Shown: piece by piece, positions 9,277 to 24,200 of the stretch | Position numbering within the stretch: the stretch's first letter is position 1 | Layout of the letters: each line of letters starts with the position of its first letter | DNA from: Phoronis australis | Taxonomy: Eukaryota; Animalia; Phoronida | Assembly: GCA_002633005.1 (NCBI GenBank) | Contig: NMRA01000037.1 | Coordinates: 981,972-1,045,700, forward strand | Reading direction: 5' to 3' | DNA length: 63,729 nt | Position numbers and translations under genes: made by a program | Notes under the pieces: generated by a model | The model's input: the letters and a program-made list of their open reading frames with translations, nothing else | Database searches by the model: none | What the model was told of the DNA's origin: nothing

Positions 9277-12200
9277 CTGGAAGAATCAAATGGAGTGGTG
9301 GTGTATTAAGGAATTCTCATCTCATCAATGCTGTGTGTTTGTCAAGTCACACATGAGGGTTTGACAACATTCCTTCATGTTCCCAAAAGGCATTTATCAA
9401 AAGATGAGTAGCACCCAGCAAAAAACAACCGTAGCTGTCTGCTAACGTTTGCAAACTAGTTGTGACTGAATGTTCCTCTTTATTCTTGTTTTTAATTGTT
9501 AACTGACTTTTGTTGTTATATACAATATGTTTGAGAATGACATAAATTTGATGCCTTCATTTTGAAACTTCTTTTGAAGGCTCACTTTGGTTTGATGGAA
9601 TTGGTATTGGTGATAGATCAAACTTGCTCTTGTGGCTGATTCATCCTCTTCCCGTGAGAAAGTGTTTTGCAATCCAACTACAGACCAAAAGGGGCATTTT
9701 GCCACTGTTTAGCTGTCAATGTTTTTCATAAATTATGAGCACAGCCCCTGAAATTGCTTTCACAATATCCAAGTTCTAATTCATTCCCTTGCCCACATTC
9801 ACTACTAAGACCGAGCTCAGAAGAGTAGGAGACACCTTTGTGGAGTGCTCAATTGTCTTCCAGCAAGGCCAGGATTAGAACCCGTGACTCCCAAACAGGA
9901 ATCTGGAGCTCAAACCAGCGAGCCACACAGTCACCTCCCTAGCCATATATGTTGAATTCTTAACCAAAGCACTTGGGGGTTTGAAAACATTACCGTGTTC
10001 ATTCAATGAAATGCAGCTGAGTGAGCGTGGTAGTCAAGTCATAAGTAGTAATGCATACATGTGCTATCTTCGAATTCGCAATTACAGGTTGGCCAACCTC
10101 AATAAACTCTTAAGTGCTCTCTGATGCATGGGCAGCACAGCACTGAAAAAGTGGGGGCTATAGCCTGCAGTGCCCCCTTTGGTGCACTGCCCATAGACCA
10201 CTGAAAAAAGTGGGGTTGTTGTAGCCCCTCAGCCCCCTATGGTGCACTGCCTATGTGATGGTTTTTATATTCTTTTGCTAACGGAAATCAAATTTTACCT
10301 CTAAGGAGTAACATTTTATCCATTTTATGAGTTTTTAAATCACTTATTAGTGGGATAATTCAAAGTTTTCTTTGGTACTAGCTAAACACTGAGGAATTCT
10401 TTATAATAGAAAGTAAGATTTTAGAACTTAAAAATTTAATTAGAAAAACATACTTTCCAACATTTACAAACTTTAGCGTTGCTCAAGTAAGTCACTGCTT
10501 GAGTGAAAGTTATTTTGACGTAATGGTGTTTCTGGGTTTAGAATGACGCAAGCAAGGATACTGATTTTACATGATTGGCACATTACCTTTGGACAGAGTA
10601 TTTGACACTTCAAATGGCAAACAGATAGCAAACTTCCGGTAGTCACTGATTTCTACTTTCAATAAAGGCAAGGTTGCCAAGATGACAGCAAATGTCCAGC
10701 CGCACAGCATGACATATCCTGCAACAGGAAAGACATCAATGAGTCGCAAACAGGAAAGGGCATAAGAAGAGCATGCCATCTCTAATATTTTTTTTGGTGC
10801 TGCAAAAATTGTAGTGTGAAGCAGCGATCTGTTCAGTGAAGTTTGCGATAATAATTCTTAAAGGCTATACTACTGTCAGTGATTAGTAAGACAATATCTA
10901 ATTTTAACACAGCATCTCTAGAAGATTGCAACAAAAATGCATAAAACGACGACAAGCACTGATAGCAATAAGCACTGATAAGCTAAGCTCTGGTATCTGC
11001 CCATGGCGATGTACTGGAAATGATACAAAGGGTGGTCATTAATTTTGTGGGGCTTCATGTAATGCAGTTTGACAACATGGTTGTTAGTCGGCCACTGAGA
11101 TATCACACTGTCGATATGCACTGCCGCTGATGTACTAAAACTCCACTGGTTCAACTTGGGCCATCCCTTCTTCACATGACTTTGTCAAAGTTCATCAACA
11201 AATATCGTGCCGTTGTGATGAGTAAGGTCATTTTCAAAATGAAAACGGGCAACAGAGGGTGCTATGATAGTTGTTGCCACCCAAAAATCAATTCGGGTAT
11301 CTCATCTTCAGCAAAAGTTACTCCATTAGCAGTGCTCATGATGCTATTTTTCAAATGCATTTAGGAACGGTTGTTGGCTCATAAACACCTGGTGACATCA
11401 TAGAAAACGCAGTGACTTGTAAACTGATGACGGAACACTATACTAATTCACTTGAGCTTGTCATAATTGATAGCTGAGGTCCGCTGCAATAGTCTTATAT
11501 AACGTGCCGTATTTTGAGAACCAGTTGAAATCCCATTATTCAGTGGAGAAAACTGGTTCTCAAAATTCGGGCACATTATATTTGACCACTACCGAGGTCC
11601 ACTGCAGCATGCTTTTTGGTGTGATGTAGTATGTAGTATGACCATCCAACCATCACATAAAAGTAAAAATTAAAAATGAATCTCAGAATGCACCAAATGA
11701 ATGTATGGACTTTTAGCCAGTTAATCTTTTGCATGAAAGATGCTCAAGGGATGCGACATCCAGTCACGTTGAAATAAATCTTAAACCTAAAATACCAGGC
11801 CTTCATTCCATATAGACCCAAGAAAACTGCCTCCTAATGACGTACACCTCTCCATTCATCAAAATTCATTTCCTGTCAAACGTAGCCTCAATTTGCCGAT
11901 GCTTTCATCTGTCCTAGACTGGCCGGTTTTTGTCGAGATCCTGTGAAGAAGAACTTTCAGTAGGTACTTAGGACAGTACCTGCGTGTCGTAGTGATAGTC
12001 GCCTGTCCAAGTGCATGGCGTTAGTAATAGCATACAGTCTCTCCAGTGTTATGACGAGGAGAGTAAACACAGACAGCTCGCTGGCCAGTGTGCCTAGAAA
12101 TCCTGCTGTGAGGCATCCGCTGCCCATCTGCCAGCGAAAGGCATGCTTTCTGAAATTACCTGCAAGTTGAAGGAATTCAGTAAATTAGTAATTTGAAGCC

Positions 12201-15200
12201 ACAATTCCTGTTCATATTGTGCAATATCGGCCTGGAAAAAAGGGAAAAATTATCGGCAGCTCGGGCAAATTCAAGTTCGATGTCAAAATCTGTCCTGCAG
12301 ATGGTGCCAACATTTTCATCCCCCACAGCTTCCAACTTTTTCCCCCTAGTCACAAATCTTGGCTCCTCCTCCTGACGTAAACAATGTTTTCCCTCCTCAT
12401 CCCTCGGCTGTGAATTATTGAGTAGAGGCGTGCATGGAAATCCCTTGCTTGTTGGGGGCTCTGACAGCAGAAGTCTTAAATATATTTAAGTTGCTTGGCA
12501 AAAATAAATATGAAGATTACGTGACGTGAGCATGACCATATTATTGGTGTCATTCAAACAATACGTAACATTTTGAGTTTAACAATGCCGCCATCCAACC
12601 ATTGAAGACCTGAATTTGAGCAATGCAATTGGTTTATTCCAAAATAAGTAAATGTAGTATTTTATAATGGATTAACATGAATTGATGAATTGGATCGTTC
12701 GTTGGTCTGAGATTGCATGGTTTTATACCAGTAAAACTCCCATCACAGGTAACTCAGACGTGCATTAGCCCCATTTCCACAAAGTTCTTTAGTAAGGTTG
12801 TCAGATGACTTAGATTACACCTTACTAGGATAAGGTCTCTTGCGTGCTTTAGTTTAAGATACAGTATGTTACCTAGTGTAGAGGCGTCGACTAAGGCCAG
12901 GAAGCCGAGATAAACTCCCATGAGGAAGTCAGCACAGGCCAGGTTACAGATGAGGAATCGTGGTACGTTCATCTTGGTGCGGCTACAGATCAACACTATC
13001 ATTACGATGGTGTTGCCGATGACGGCCAGGAGGAAGACGATCCATACACCACACCGAAGCGTCCACCAGTCCATCAAATCAACGCATGGCATGAAGGGAC
13101 CTGTTGTGCAGCAGAGAGTTTGTTGTCGAACTGGTGAAATTGAGCTGGGGTATGCATTGCCACAGAAAAACGTGTGCAAGAGAAAATTAATAGAATAATT
13201 ATTGTAGAACATTGGCAAGAAATTATTTTTGTCATCTCATGGTTGTCATTTGTACTGTGTATGGGTATTGTAAAAGAATCAGATTAGTAATCTAAGTTCA
13301 ATGTTCATAAAATAAACAATAATTTCATTGTAAGAGGCCCATGTGTTCCATAACAATTACCAAACGAACAACAGGGATGTCCCCAAACAATAGCTGGTAT
13401 TTATGTAAATTTTTGCTCTACTGTAATAAATTGGGATTTATACCACCTCAGCAAATTTGTGATTCAAGCATTCATTTTACAATTATTTGAAAGTCAGATT
13501 TCACAATACGAGGTTAGCGTCTGCCTATTCAATTCTCACTTGGTTTCGGATCGCATGTGACTTGATGCTTGTTTGAGGCCTTTGGTTGGTAATCAAATGA
13601 CTTCTCAAACTGCTTAGTCCACTCCTTGGCCTTGTTATCAGAGGCAGCAGTCTCGTCATAATCCTGGAGTACACTGTAATCTAACAGGTCCGGGTACGTG
13701 TGATTGTCTTCATAATCATCTATAACCAAGAGAGGTAAAACAAGTGAAATTCTTTCACTGCAAAACCAGCCAAGGATAAAATCTACAATGTTTTGGTTCT
13801 GAGTACACCACATTTGCCCTATGTTAGCGTGAAAAGACTATAAATTTGTTGATCAATCTCCCGGCCTCATCAAGGCTCAATGGGAAAATGACTAAGGTCT
13901 TGTTACTGTAGTGTGAGCGATTGAGTCTTTTGACTTAACCCTGGATGGGACGTCTGTAGCATGACTAGTTACATTTGTGTTATGGCTGGCTCTCTTACAT
14001 ACATCCATGAAAAGAATCCTACGTTGACACTATAACCGCTGGAGATTGCTGTGAGGCATCCACTGCCCATCTACCAGCGAAAGGCATACTTTCTGAAATT
14101 ACCTGCAAGTTAAAGGAATTAAGTACACCCTAACTGCTGGAGATAAGGACAAAATGACCAGTTTGCGCACCACAGAATTTGCTAATTAAATCAAAGACAC
14201 CATGCTGTTGTGGTTAATTAAATCGCCTCAGGCTGCTGATGTTGTCATGTCTAGATAATGAGACCATCATAAAGGTATTAGGGGCGACAATAGTATTGGT
14301 TTTCTTAAATTTTCGGTAAGTTTGTAAATAAATATTTGAATAGTTCCAGAAAACCACAAGCGATTGGGTTTTTCAATTTTGAAAATTGGACAAGAAAAAT
14401 ATGACTTTTACAACGTAAAACATGTCTTTAATTTTGCAACAATATGTTCCTCATTAATTATGCTGGATATGTAACAAAGTATGGCCAATATACCAAACTA
14501 CCAGGCAGAGTTGGATTCTGAGGTAAGCCAAGTGTCATCGTACCTTGGCAGGTATGATTTGACTGGAGCATTGAAGGTTAAAGCAACATTCCCAACCTTG
14601 TTCAACTGGCTTCATAACAAACACCAAATTAGCCTTTTACTGACATCAAGTCTTATAAATATTTCTTACTGTTGTAGAATTTTATTCCTGTTACGAAGTT
14701 GGTAACGAAAATTGAATCCCATCCAGTGGCATATTTAGAGGGGGGGAACTCTCCCAGATTCTATTTGGCAGTTCGGGGGTGCGAATGTCTGACAGGTGAA
14801 ATCCTGACTAATATTCTACCCTGGCCTCCCTTAACTAAAAATCCTGGATCTGCCCCTGCTATCAAGGCAAAGAAAGTCTTATGAGACTGATTTTATGAGA
14901 GTAAAAGATTCAACTTTCATTTTTATAGCCAGCTTAAAATAGTAAAATAGTGAAAGGCAATATTAAGTATCTTGTTTGTGAGAACACAAGGACATGATTA
15001 TAGCAGCCAACATTGAACTCAGTATTAACCTTTTGGGGGATTTGTCTTCATAGTAAGTTGGAGTATTAACGAATACTTTCTTAGGCTTTGAACAAAAACA
15101 ATGACCTTACCCAAATGTAAAGAGGTGTTGCTAGAGTAGTAGTCCGGATGCTTGAGAAAGAACACCTCCTCTCCAATTATTGGATCGTTGCCAGTTGAAT

Positions 15201-18200
15201 CTGCTTGCTGTGAACAGTTACCATGAATAGAATGTAAATGACTTCATGAAATCCTTTGTCAATGGTTATTATAAATCACTTTTGGTATTACGGTTTGACA
15301 TATGCTGTGATTCTTCACTTATTACACACAAAAGTAATTGGCAAAACTGACATTTTGTCCGTTTTTCAAAGGCATATTACTTGGCTAGAAATGATGGAAA
15401 CCTTAGATCAAATATTATTTGATAAAGTATACGCAGTATAAACCTATACTTAGCAATGGAACAATGCATTAATGACGTTGTTTTGGAAGAGCAAATGTGC
15501 TTTTGAAGACAGTTGATTTTTAATACCAGAACCTTGTTTATAGTAGCTTTAATTAATGAATTAACACTAATTATTATATTAAAAGAATTTACTATGTAAA
15601 GAAAATCATCGGCATTAGTTTAGTTCTGTGATCACACTATCTTTTATTATTCTTTCTGAAATTATTGAGTAATGACTTGTTCAGGTCTGATTACTCAACT
15701 GTTTGTGCGTGCCACATCTATGCAAAAGAAAATTCTAGTAGGCCCCCTACTGCAGCAGGCCACCTACTAGTCCCCGTCTCCTAATTCAGGCCTACTTTTA
15801 TCAGCTCTACCTCTACTGTGGGCTCAAGTTATGATTCATGACTGGTCGGTTTGAAGAAACAACGAACTGTCAAACCTAGAAGACATTTCTGTCTGCATGA
15901 GTGTCACACACAGGCAGTCTCATCTTGTACCAGGTACAACATGAGACTGCCTTTATAACGTCAAGTAACCAAAATCAAAATTAAGTGGGGCAGCGCAGGT
16001 ACAAAATTTGTGTTCCGTGTATAAAGTTAACTGGTGGTGGATCATGAGACCAAGAATCAAATCTTGGACCATCATACTTAGCATCATACCTCCTTATCTG
16101 GCTGACTCAATCCCATAAAAGGACAGCAGTGGTAAGCATACGATAGCTGTAGTGTGTGTATTTCTGGGAAATTGGTCTTGGTGGGAAATTCCTGTAGCTC
16201 TGGGTTACCAACAGTGTTCAGCTTAAGCAGACGCTGTAGTCCCTTTGGTGGCAAGATTGGAAACGAGTTATTCTGTAGGATTCTGTAAACAGTGAAGGTG
16301 GACAGGATGTAGTGTAAATTATTGACTTTTGAATGTGGGATTAGTTATACCGGTAATGAAGACTGTTTTTGGAAGGGGAAATGTACCATGAGTTTTGTCC
16401 AAAACAATGCAAAGAAATAACATTTTGTGTCTTCATCTGTTTTTAATTCAGCCTTCCCAGTGTTCTAAAACATAATTTTAACGTGATATTTGGAAGTTTT
16501 GTTTATTACTTTGTTACACAAGGCTGGTACCTGTTCACCACTAATTTCTGAGGTTATGTATGGTAAAGTCTCTTCAAATTTTAACAAAACTAATTGCAGT
16601 AAGTCGTCTTAATCGAATGTTTGATTCTTGGATGGAACATGGGGCTTTAAAACTGCTTGAAGCTCAGGTTTTGAGATAAACCAATTAATAGATGGTGTGA
16701 CAGTCACTTTGAAAATGTTCTGTCCAACTGTATCCTGCTTATAATGGTCAATGTAAACACATTTTTCATACTGTACCACTGTGCCCAAAATCACACAATT
16801 ACAATCTGTTAAATTTGTTTTAAACTAGCAAACGATACTTCTGCACTGCAACAAGAATGTGATAAATGTTTACAATCTTATTAATAAAATATGTATGTGT
16901 TTACTTACAGAATTTCCAAATAAACAAGAGAGGCAAATGCGTCTGTTTCTATTGTATGGATGCCATTATGCCCCAGATTTCTGAAAAGGAAATATGTCAC
17001 TTGTATGATATACTTGCATTTATTTCAAGAAACAAGAATGCTAGAATGTTACATTTGTTAGTTCTTATCATACATCTAGAAACACATTTTAGAATTGTGT
17101 TCAGAATGGAAATTCAAGGTATCACTAATTTTTTTTGCCAAGAGATTAGAACTTTGAAAAAAGTATGCTGCTCGTCATTATAAAATAACACAGTTCTTGT
17201 TCATGCATCTTGAGAAAATAACGGTATAAGACTTGGGTGACGCGAATTACACTGGAGCTGCAAGGTTGGAAAATACACTGCCACTTTCTATTCCACACAG
17301 GTTTAGGGTAGATTAGGGTCAGGGTTCGGGTTACGGTTAGGGTTAGTTTCTGTTCCAAAGTCTGCAAAATGCTGAAACTGTATTATTAAGGTCATTAAGT
17401 GCAACATGAGTTCATTTACAGCTGTCCTATTGAAGGTCACTCACAGTGTCTTGAGATTTCCTAGGCCATTGAAAGCACTTGTCTTGATCACTTTTATGGA
17501 GTTGACGGACAGGTCAAGGTCAGTGAGCTTTGTTAGAGCTCTAAACCTATTGGTTTCTATCGTAGTGATGAAGTTTCTGTGCAGGTTTCTAAAAAAACGA
17601 GTATTTGTAGATTAACATTTTAACACACTTAAATATGTGCTTAAAGACATAATATTTTAATATGTCTTTAAACAGTAAGATTGTTATGACTACTTCTGTA
17701 TACATTCACTTGTACATCTATAAGATCTCTAAATGAATTTCCTGAGGGATGACTTTATAAAACATGGTAGTGACAACTTGGAGTAGAATACAAGAGTAAT
17801 ATTCATTAAAATTCGGTAAACTACATTTTTGGCCAAATTTTAAGAGAAAGTATAGTACCATAATGACATAGAACTGGCAATTATAAAGCAGTATTTGGTG
17901 CTATTTATCGTTTATGAAAAAAATGAAAAATAAACACTTTTCCTAAATCAGTGAGATTTTACTGCGGAGTATTCAGTGATGTTAACTTGCCTCTTACACT
18001 TGAAGAAAGTCACTAATACAACTACCTTGGTGTTTAGTTACCCACCCATCTCTACTTTTCAACTAATTGCTATTTGAACTCTCATGATTGCCTTAACGAC
18101 CATCTCCTAATTCTTGAGTTTCTCGATCAATTTAAATGTCCACCTTAACCCGGACGGATATGGTACATTTGCTGATGGGGACATTGTTTCATGCCTCTGT

Positions 18201-21200
18201 CAGTTAACCTCAACAACCCTTCTCACTTAAAATCAAGTCAGTCTAACTGTAGCTTGGCACTCACAAGATATGCAGTTCAGAGCAGTTACTCAAGCTAGGG
18301 AGTTCTGATAGCTGGTTGGCATGGAGATCTCTGAAATAGAACAAAAGGTGATTAATTTTCGTGGAGCTGTGATTACAAAAACAAAACTGATATTGTCAAG
18401 AAAAGGATCTTTGTATAAATAGTAAGTGCTTTGTTATGAAGAACAATTGTCACTGTAGTGAGATTTGCCCATTGTCGGCACTCAGTGAGCAATTAACTAT
18501 TTTGGAAATAATGAGCACTGATGAAAAACATTTCGAGTTGCGTCAGAACCGGTGGCAACGCAATCAAAAGTGCACGTTGAAAACATCATAACAATACCTT
18601 GTTGTGACAGTGTTGATATATTATTGACAATATAATTTTCCACTTATTTTGCAGAAAAATAAATTGCACATACTTTCTTGGTAAACAAGGTGTGCCAAAT
18701 AAACTGAATGTACACAGTTGGTAACTGAATAACCAAGCATGGCCAACAGCCCCTGTGTGAATTTAACGAAATGTGGCCAATGGGTATCTAATTAACAGTA
18801 ATTAAGTTTTTGATACTGTAGTTGATACAACACGAGCATATAATTTCACCTGTTTGCCTCCTGTTTTAACAGCATCCTGTGTGAATGGATAAATTGAGTT
18901 GTGAATACATAGTGTTCATACCTTTTTAACAAAGTTAAGGAAGCGTGCATAACTATTGTCATTATTAGAGCTTTGTGTTGTTCAAAGTGCAAAACTGACC
19001 GTGTGCAAATTGCGGGAGGCATGAAATTCCTACCAAGTAGCCTTGTGGGAAAAAAGTGAGCGACGAATCATTATTTTTAAAAGCAATTTTGTATGTGCTA
19101 CTTGAGGTGGGTGAGCAGAATAAGTGAAGAATTACTGTAGTTTAGTGTATGACTAAAGGGAAGAGAAACAAAAATATCGAAAAACTGTCTTGATTCTTGC
19201 GTGATTGCCCAGGTAATGGTCGGATATAACGTGCCCGATTTTTGAGAACCAGTTTTCTCCACTGAATAACCAGCATCAAACTGGTTCTAAAAATACGGGC
19301 AAGTTATATCAAGACTATTGCTATTTCTTATGATGCACTTAAAAGTAGTAATAGACAATTAGAAGCTCAGTAGATTACGATGCCTTTCTCCATTTTCTGA
19401 TGGATAGTGATGTTCATTTTTATTTTTCCCATTTGCTCAAAAATGAATGGTATATTGTCAAGACTTTCCTTTTTAAATTTTTGACAAATGGCAGCGCACT
19501 CTAAATGCCGGTGTGTGAGGATGAGCCCAAAACGTGGAATCGCGTGTTCTGACTTTCAACAGCTTCATTACTTTTTGCAGCTTGAGGCAACTCATGAGCC
19601 ACAAACTGCGACATGTTATTGAAATTAAAAGTGAATAAAAGACATAAGACATGGTGTTTGATGGCTTTATATGATGCATTTATCAACATTACAAGACAGA
19701 ATTAATCAGACAAAATACCGTTTCCCCCTTATGACGGCTATGTAAACTGCAAAAATTACTTTTGTGTTGACAAGATTACATAAAAGAATGGCTTCGCCAC
19801 TTTTCTGTCTGCCTGTTAATTCACTTTCATTTTCAGTCATGAGGGACTAGTCTACAAAAGTGGTTTGATGTCAATTTGAAGATGGCTACAATCACTGGGC
19901 TTTCCCTCCCCTAAGGTCAATTTCATATACTGACATTTTGCTATTGACCTCAGTGATTGATGCATCAAACCCAATGGGATATGTACTGGTCAATCTTGAA
20001 GAAACCTAAGCTATATAATTCATCTATGATAACAGCATCACCAGTACCAATAACATTAAATGAATAGTATTCCTAACAAGAGCAATCATGATAATAAAAA
20101 TAAGAATAATGGTTATGTTAATAATAGTATTAAAATGATAACAAAAATGATGAGAAAAATAATAACAATAGTAATTATGATAGTTCTAATAATGACTATA
20201 ATAAGAATAATTATTTATACATGAGCCTAAATTAGGAATAAATGACAAAATTTTAAAATAAATTATAATCAATATGAAGCAATAATGATCAAAAACATTC
20301 AGCTATTAATAGATAATATTAATTTTTTAGTAATAATAACTAAAACTAATACATGTTAGCAATAGATGTCTGTAAGTCGTAAAAACAAATCCGTAACTTA
20401 CAGTTGCTCCAGATGTGGTTCCTGGTTACACAAGTCGTTTGACACGGTACGTATATTGCAGCGATCCAGCCTCAAGTAGCGGACCCTGTTTGTCTTCTCG
20501 AGGTCTGGCACCATTGTAAGACCCTCAACTTCTGATAGGATGCTGACAACAGAAAATGTAGCAAAATGCACCATGCAGCGCCATCTTTGGAGAACATAGT
20601 GTTAATGTTTTTTCGGGTGGGACCTTTGTTTGGTTCTTCAATGTGTCGACCTACGGCATTTCTCATCACACAAAGGAAACGCAATCTGGATGGGGTTAGT
20701 GGTAATCTCAGTGGGAAGATGTTCGCTGCTAACTTGAATTGCAGTAGTTCTTCACTTAGCCTACAATATTGGCGATGAATGAAATTCTATTTTGTCGAAT
20801 TTCTTCACAATCATTTGTTTGCACTGTTTAGATATTATGAAACAACTTGTAGTGAATTATATTATTTGCAATAAAAGTAATCACCTTTTGAAAAATAGAA
20901 AAATAAAAGTTTTGGGATATGTTTTTGCCGGGAATTAATGGAGAATTACTGTACGGTATGTATTTCACTATTTTGAAGTTTGTGACTTCAGCTCAACCTA
21001 ATTTGAGCTGCATGGGACAGCAAAGGGGTGAAAAACTCCAGTCCTATTGAAAAATAACTCTAGATTTAGACCACTTACCAAGATAAAACTGATCTCAACT
21101 GCTTCTTTACTCATATTAGAAGTCAGTAGTGATTTTTGATCTTGCAAAAACTGACATTATTTTTCGAGACCAATATGATACTCGGCAATTAAGATTACAC

Positions 21201-24200
21201 ATTGAGATATGTCCACTAGTAGAGCATGCCAATTCGAGCATTAACCCGCCATTTCACCTATTTTGATTTATTAACTATTTGAAAGCTATTTTAAGTGATC
21301 TAAATCAAAAAATGTTTTTTGTGTCAGAAGGTGGCTTTTTTGCTTGCTCAAATTCATTTGCTTGTGCACTGTATGTATTACTGCATCCATTCAACCTTAA
21401 TGTAATTCAGCGTAGTGGAAGATAGTGTTTGTATTAAATTAATTTAGTTTCCGTGACATTAATCATTACTTCCCTCAGCATCATTTCCTTCTCCTACACA
21501 CCGAGATATTCTTACTGCCTTCCACTGTTTTGGCAAAAGCTGTCACGCCTATGCAGCGGGCATACAAAACAGCAGAAAACTTTATGTAATTTAATAGATA
21601 TGTTCACTACCATACAGAGTTGCCCTGGTCATTACAGTTGGATTTTCAGTTTTAATTCATTCAGTAGTATCATTTGTACATGTGAGGGAGATAACTTCTG
21701 TATATGTGAAGGAGACAACTCGCCAAAGCAGCCACCTACCCGGACCTCAAGTTACCCATATAAAGCATTTATGTGAAACAAAAAGTTATTGTTTTCCCCC
21801 TTAGAATCCCCTTTCTTGTCCGTATTACCACTTTGCTATTGTAAAAATAACAATTCTATGAATTGAAAGCGTGATGTAGTAAAACTCTGTATATTTAAGT
21901 TGTTTTAGTTTTTGGTGTTGTGGCTCTGCCTATTTCACAAAAAATCATCTGGTAATAGTTTTTCTGTAGTGATGTGCGGCTTTATCACACAGTTGTAGAT
22001 CATAACCCAAGATTCTTTTTTGGGTTTGCAATGAATTAGTAAAATTTCTGCGCAATAGCTTTGATTCAAAATTTTTTAAAATAAAATTGCCCTTTTCCAC
22101 CAAACTGTACACTAAACTGAAAAAACATTACCATGGACATTTAGTCTTTTTACACACAGGTCTTTATACAGGCAGTGTTAGATCAGGATCCTTGGTGCTG
22201 GGTTTGATGTATTCTGCACCCCCTAGTGGCCATTTTTATTATTTTTGAGTTTTGGGTGCTCTTCCTTTTCTTCTCGCCAAACCACTTGAAGGGTCCTTAT
22301 GAAATTTGGCTGTTTTCCACCTCCTGTTTGCCTGCTTTATGAAATGACATGTAGCTGATTGGTTTAGTTGGTACATAAGCACTGGTGAAAACCGGGTGAA
22401 TAGATGAGCTGGCGTCAAAATACTGGCAGTTTGTTACTAGGGAAACTGTGTCTCATAGACTTGGTCTGTGTATGAAAGAGCTGATGGACCATAATCTCAC
22501 TCACATGTCTCGTAGGTATGGTAGATTGATGAAGGCTTGTTGCCCCACAGACTGTATTGGATTGCCTCTCAACTCCAACACTTTCAGCAAGGTGTTTGCA
22601 TGGAACGCTTCATCCGGGAGATATTTGATCTTGTTGTGACGAAGGTCACTGGAAAAGAAGTGTAATTATAGTGAAGAAGACAGGTGAAACGTGTCAGGTG
22701 AAAAGCATAAATTATCAGGGTTTGGAATGCTCCTCTTTTAAGAGGATTTACTCTTTTTTGGCTTGTTGTCCTCTTATTTGATTTCCAGTTTCCTCTTTTT
22801 TCTTCTTTCTATCATTACTTTGGCTTTATTAATTGAAAACCTTCATTTCACTTAAATTTTACAGCACAAAAGATATTTCTGTCGTTCAAGTCTATTTGTG
22901 GAACGATACATCACGTGGAAAATTTCCTCTTGTCATTGGTCATTCCAAGCTCTGAATTATGAAATGAAACCCTGAGAGTCTTTGATGATGGTGAGAACTT
23001 GAAAAGCACTGTCGCTTTTAAGACTACTGATGCGTGACTGTCATCAATTTATAATGAATATTTATGCCACTTTTCTTGTTTTCTTCTGGAGACTTTTAAT
23101 GGACATTATTGCACTTGACCATAACAAATTGTTATTGATTGATGGTCATAGTACAGCTTTGAAAATATCCAGTCACACAAGAATGAAACTTACTCAATAA
23201 TAACAAACCAGTTTTAGTAAGCCTCGTCACTTACTAACTTGACTTACAGTTCAGCGAGGTTCTTTAAGGGCAAAAGTGCAACGGCAGGGAAGGTTTCTAT
23301 CTCATTGTTGCCTAGAAACCTGGAATTGGGTGAACGACTTAAATATTCTAATATTTACAAATGCATTGTACATACAATATGGAAGCTATAGACAAGCATA
23401 ACTCATGAATGTGCAGGTTCACCTCCTAAAATCCTAATATATCTACTTCAGCAATGATCTGACTTCAAAACCTTTTAAACCACTAAAGTGATTTTCAGTC
23501 AGCTACTGAAACTAGCTACATCAACTGGATTTGAAATATGAACATAGTGAACTTTGTTTCTGGGACCCACAAATAGTTACAGCATCTTTGAAAAATCTCA
23601 TCATTTTTTGCGTGAGTCTCAGGTCTTGGACAGTTCGGGGCTGGGGGGGGGGGGGTGGGGGGGGGGGGGNAGGTTTATCTACCTCTTAGTCTCTTCTATT
23701 TTCACCCCGAGTCACCATCAATTTCACCCTCTCACACCCTTCTGGTTGCCACTAATCTTCCCCGAGGGAATTGTTTATTTCTTTTTTCTATGTTTCCCCG
23801 TAAATGGAACTTTTCTAATGTCTTGCACATGTTTTCGCAATTTTTTCTTGTTTTGCCGGAATTTTTATAATTTTTGCCCCAATCTGAGTGGCAACTACTT
23901 CCCTGACGCCTAATACACCTATGACTGCAGAACCAGGATTAAAAAGTGTTAAGTAGAATGCTTTTCCAATATGAAACTGAAAACACAGTTCATGTTATGT
24001 ACAAATTAGTAATTATCATTGTCATTTACTAGCCAAGGGTTACACTCAAATATTGCCGTCAGCTCTCACTAAACCCAGCTTGTTTTAAAACAGTTCGAAA
24101 ATCAGAATCTGGTTCCTCATAAACAAAATCACAGTTACCTCATTAAACACAAACATGATGCCATGATATTGATATTTTCATTATGATAGTCAATGAACAA

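Noticed and set aside
17302-17347. Interstitial telomere marking a chromosome fusion
   Set aside because: Short, degenerate and in one orientation only; more likely a TE-internal GGTTAG tract.
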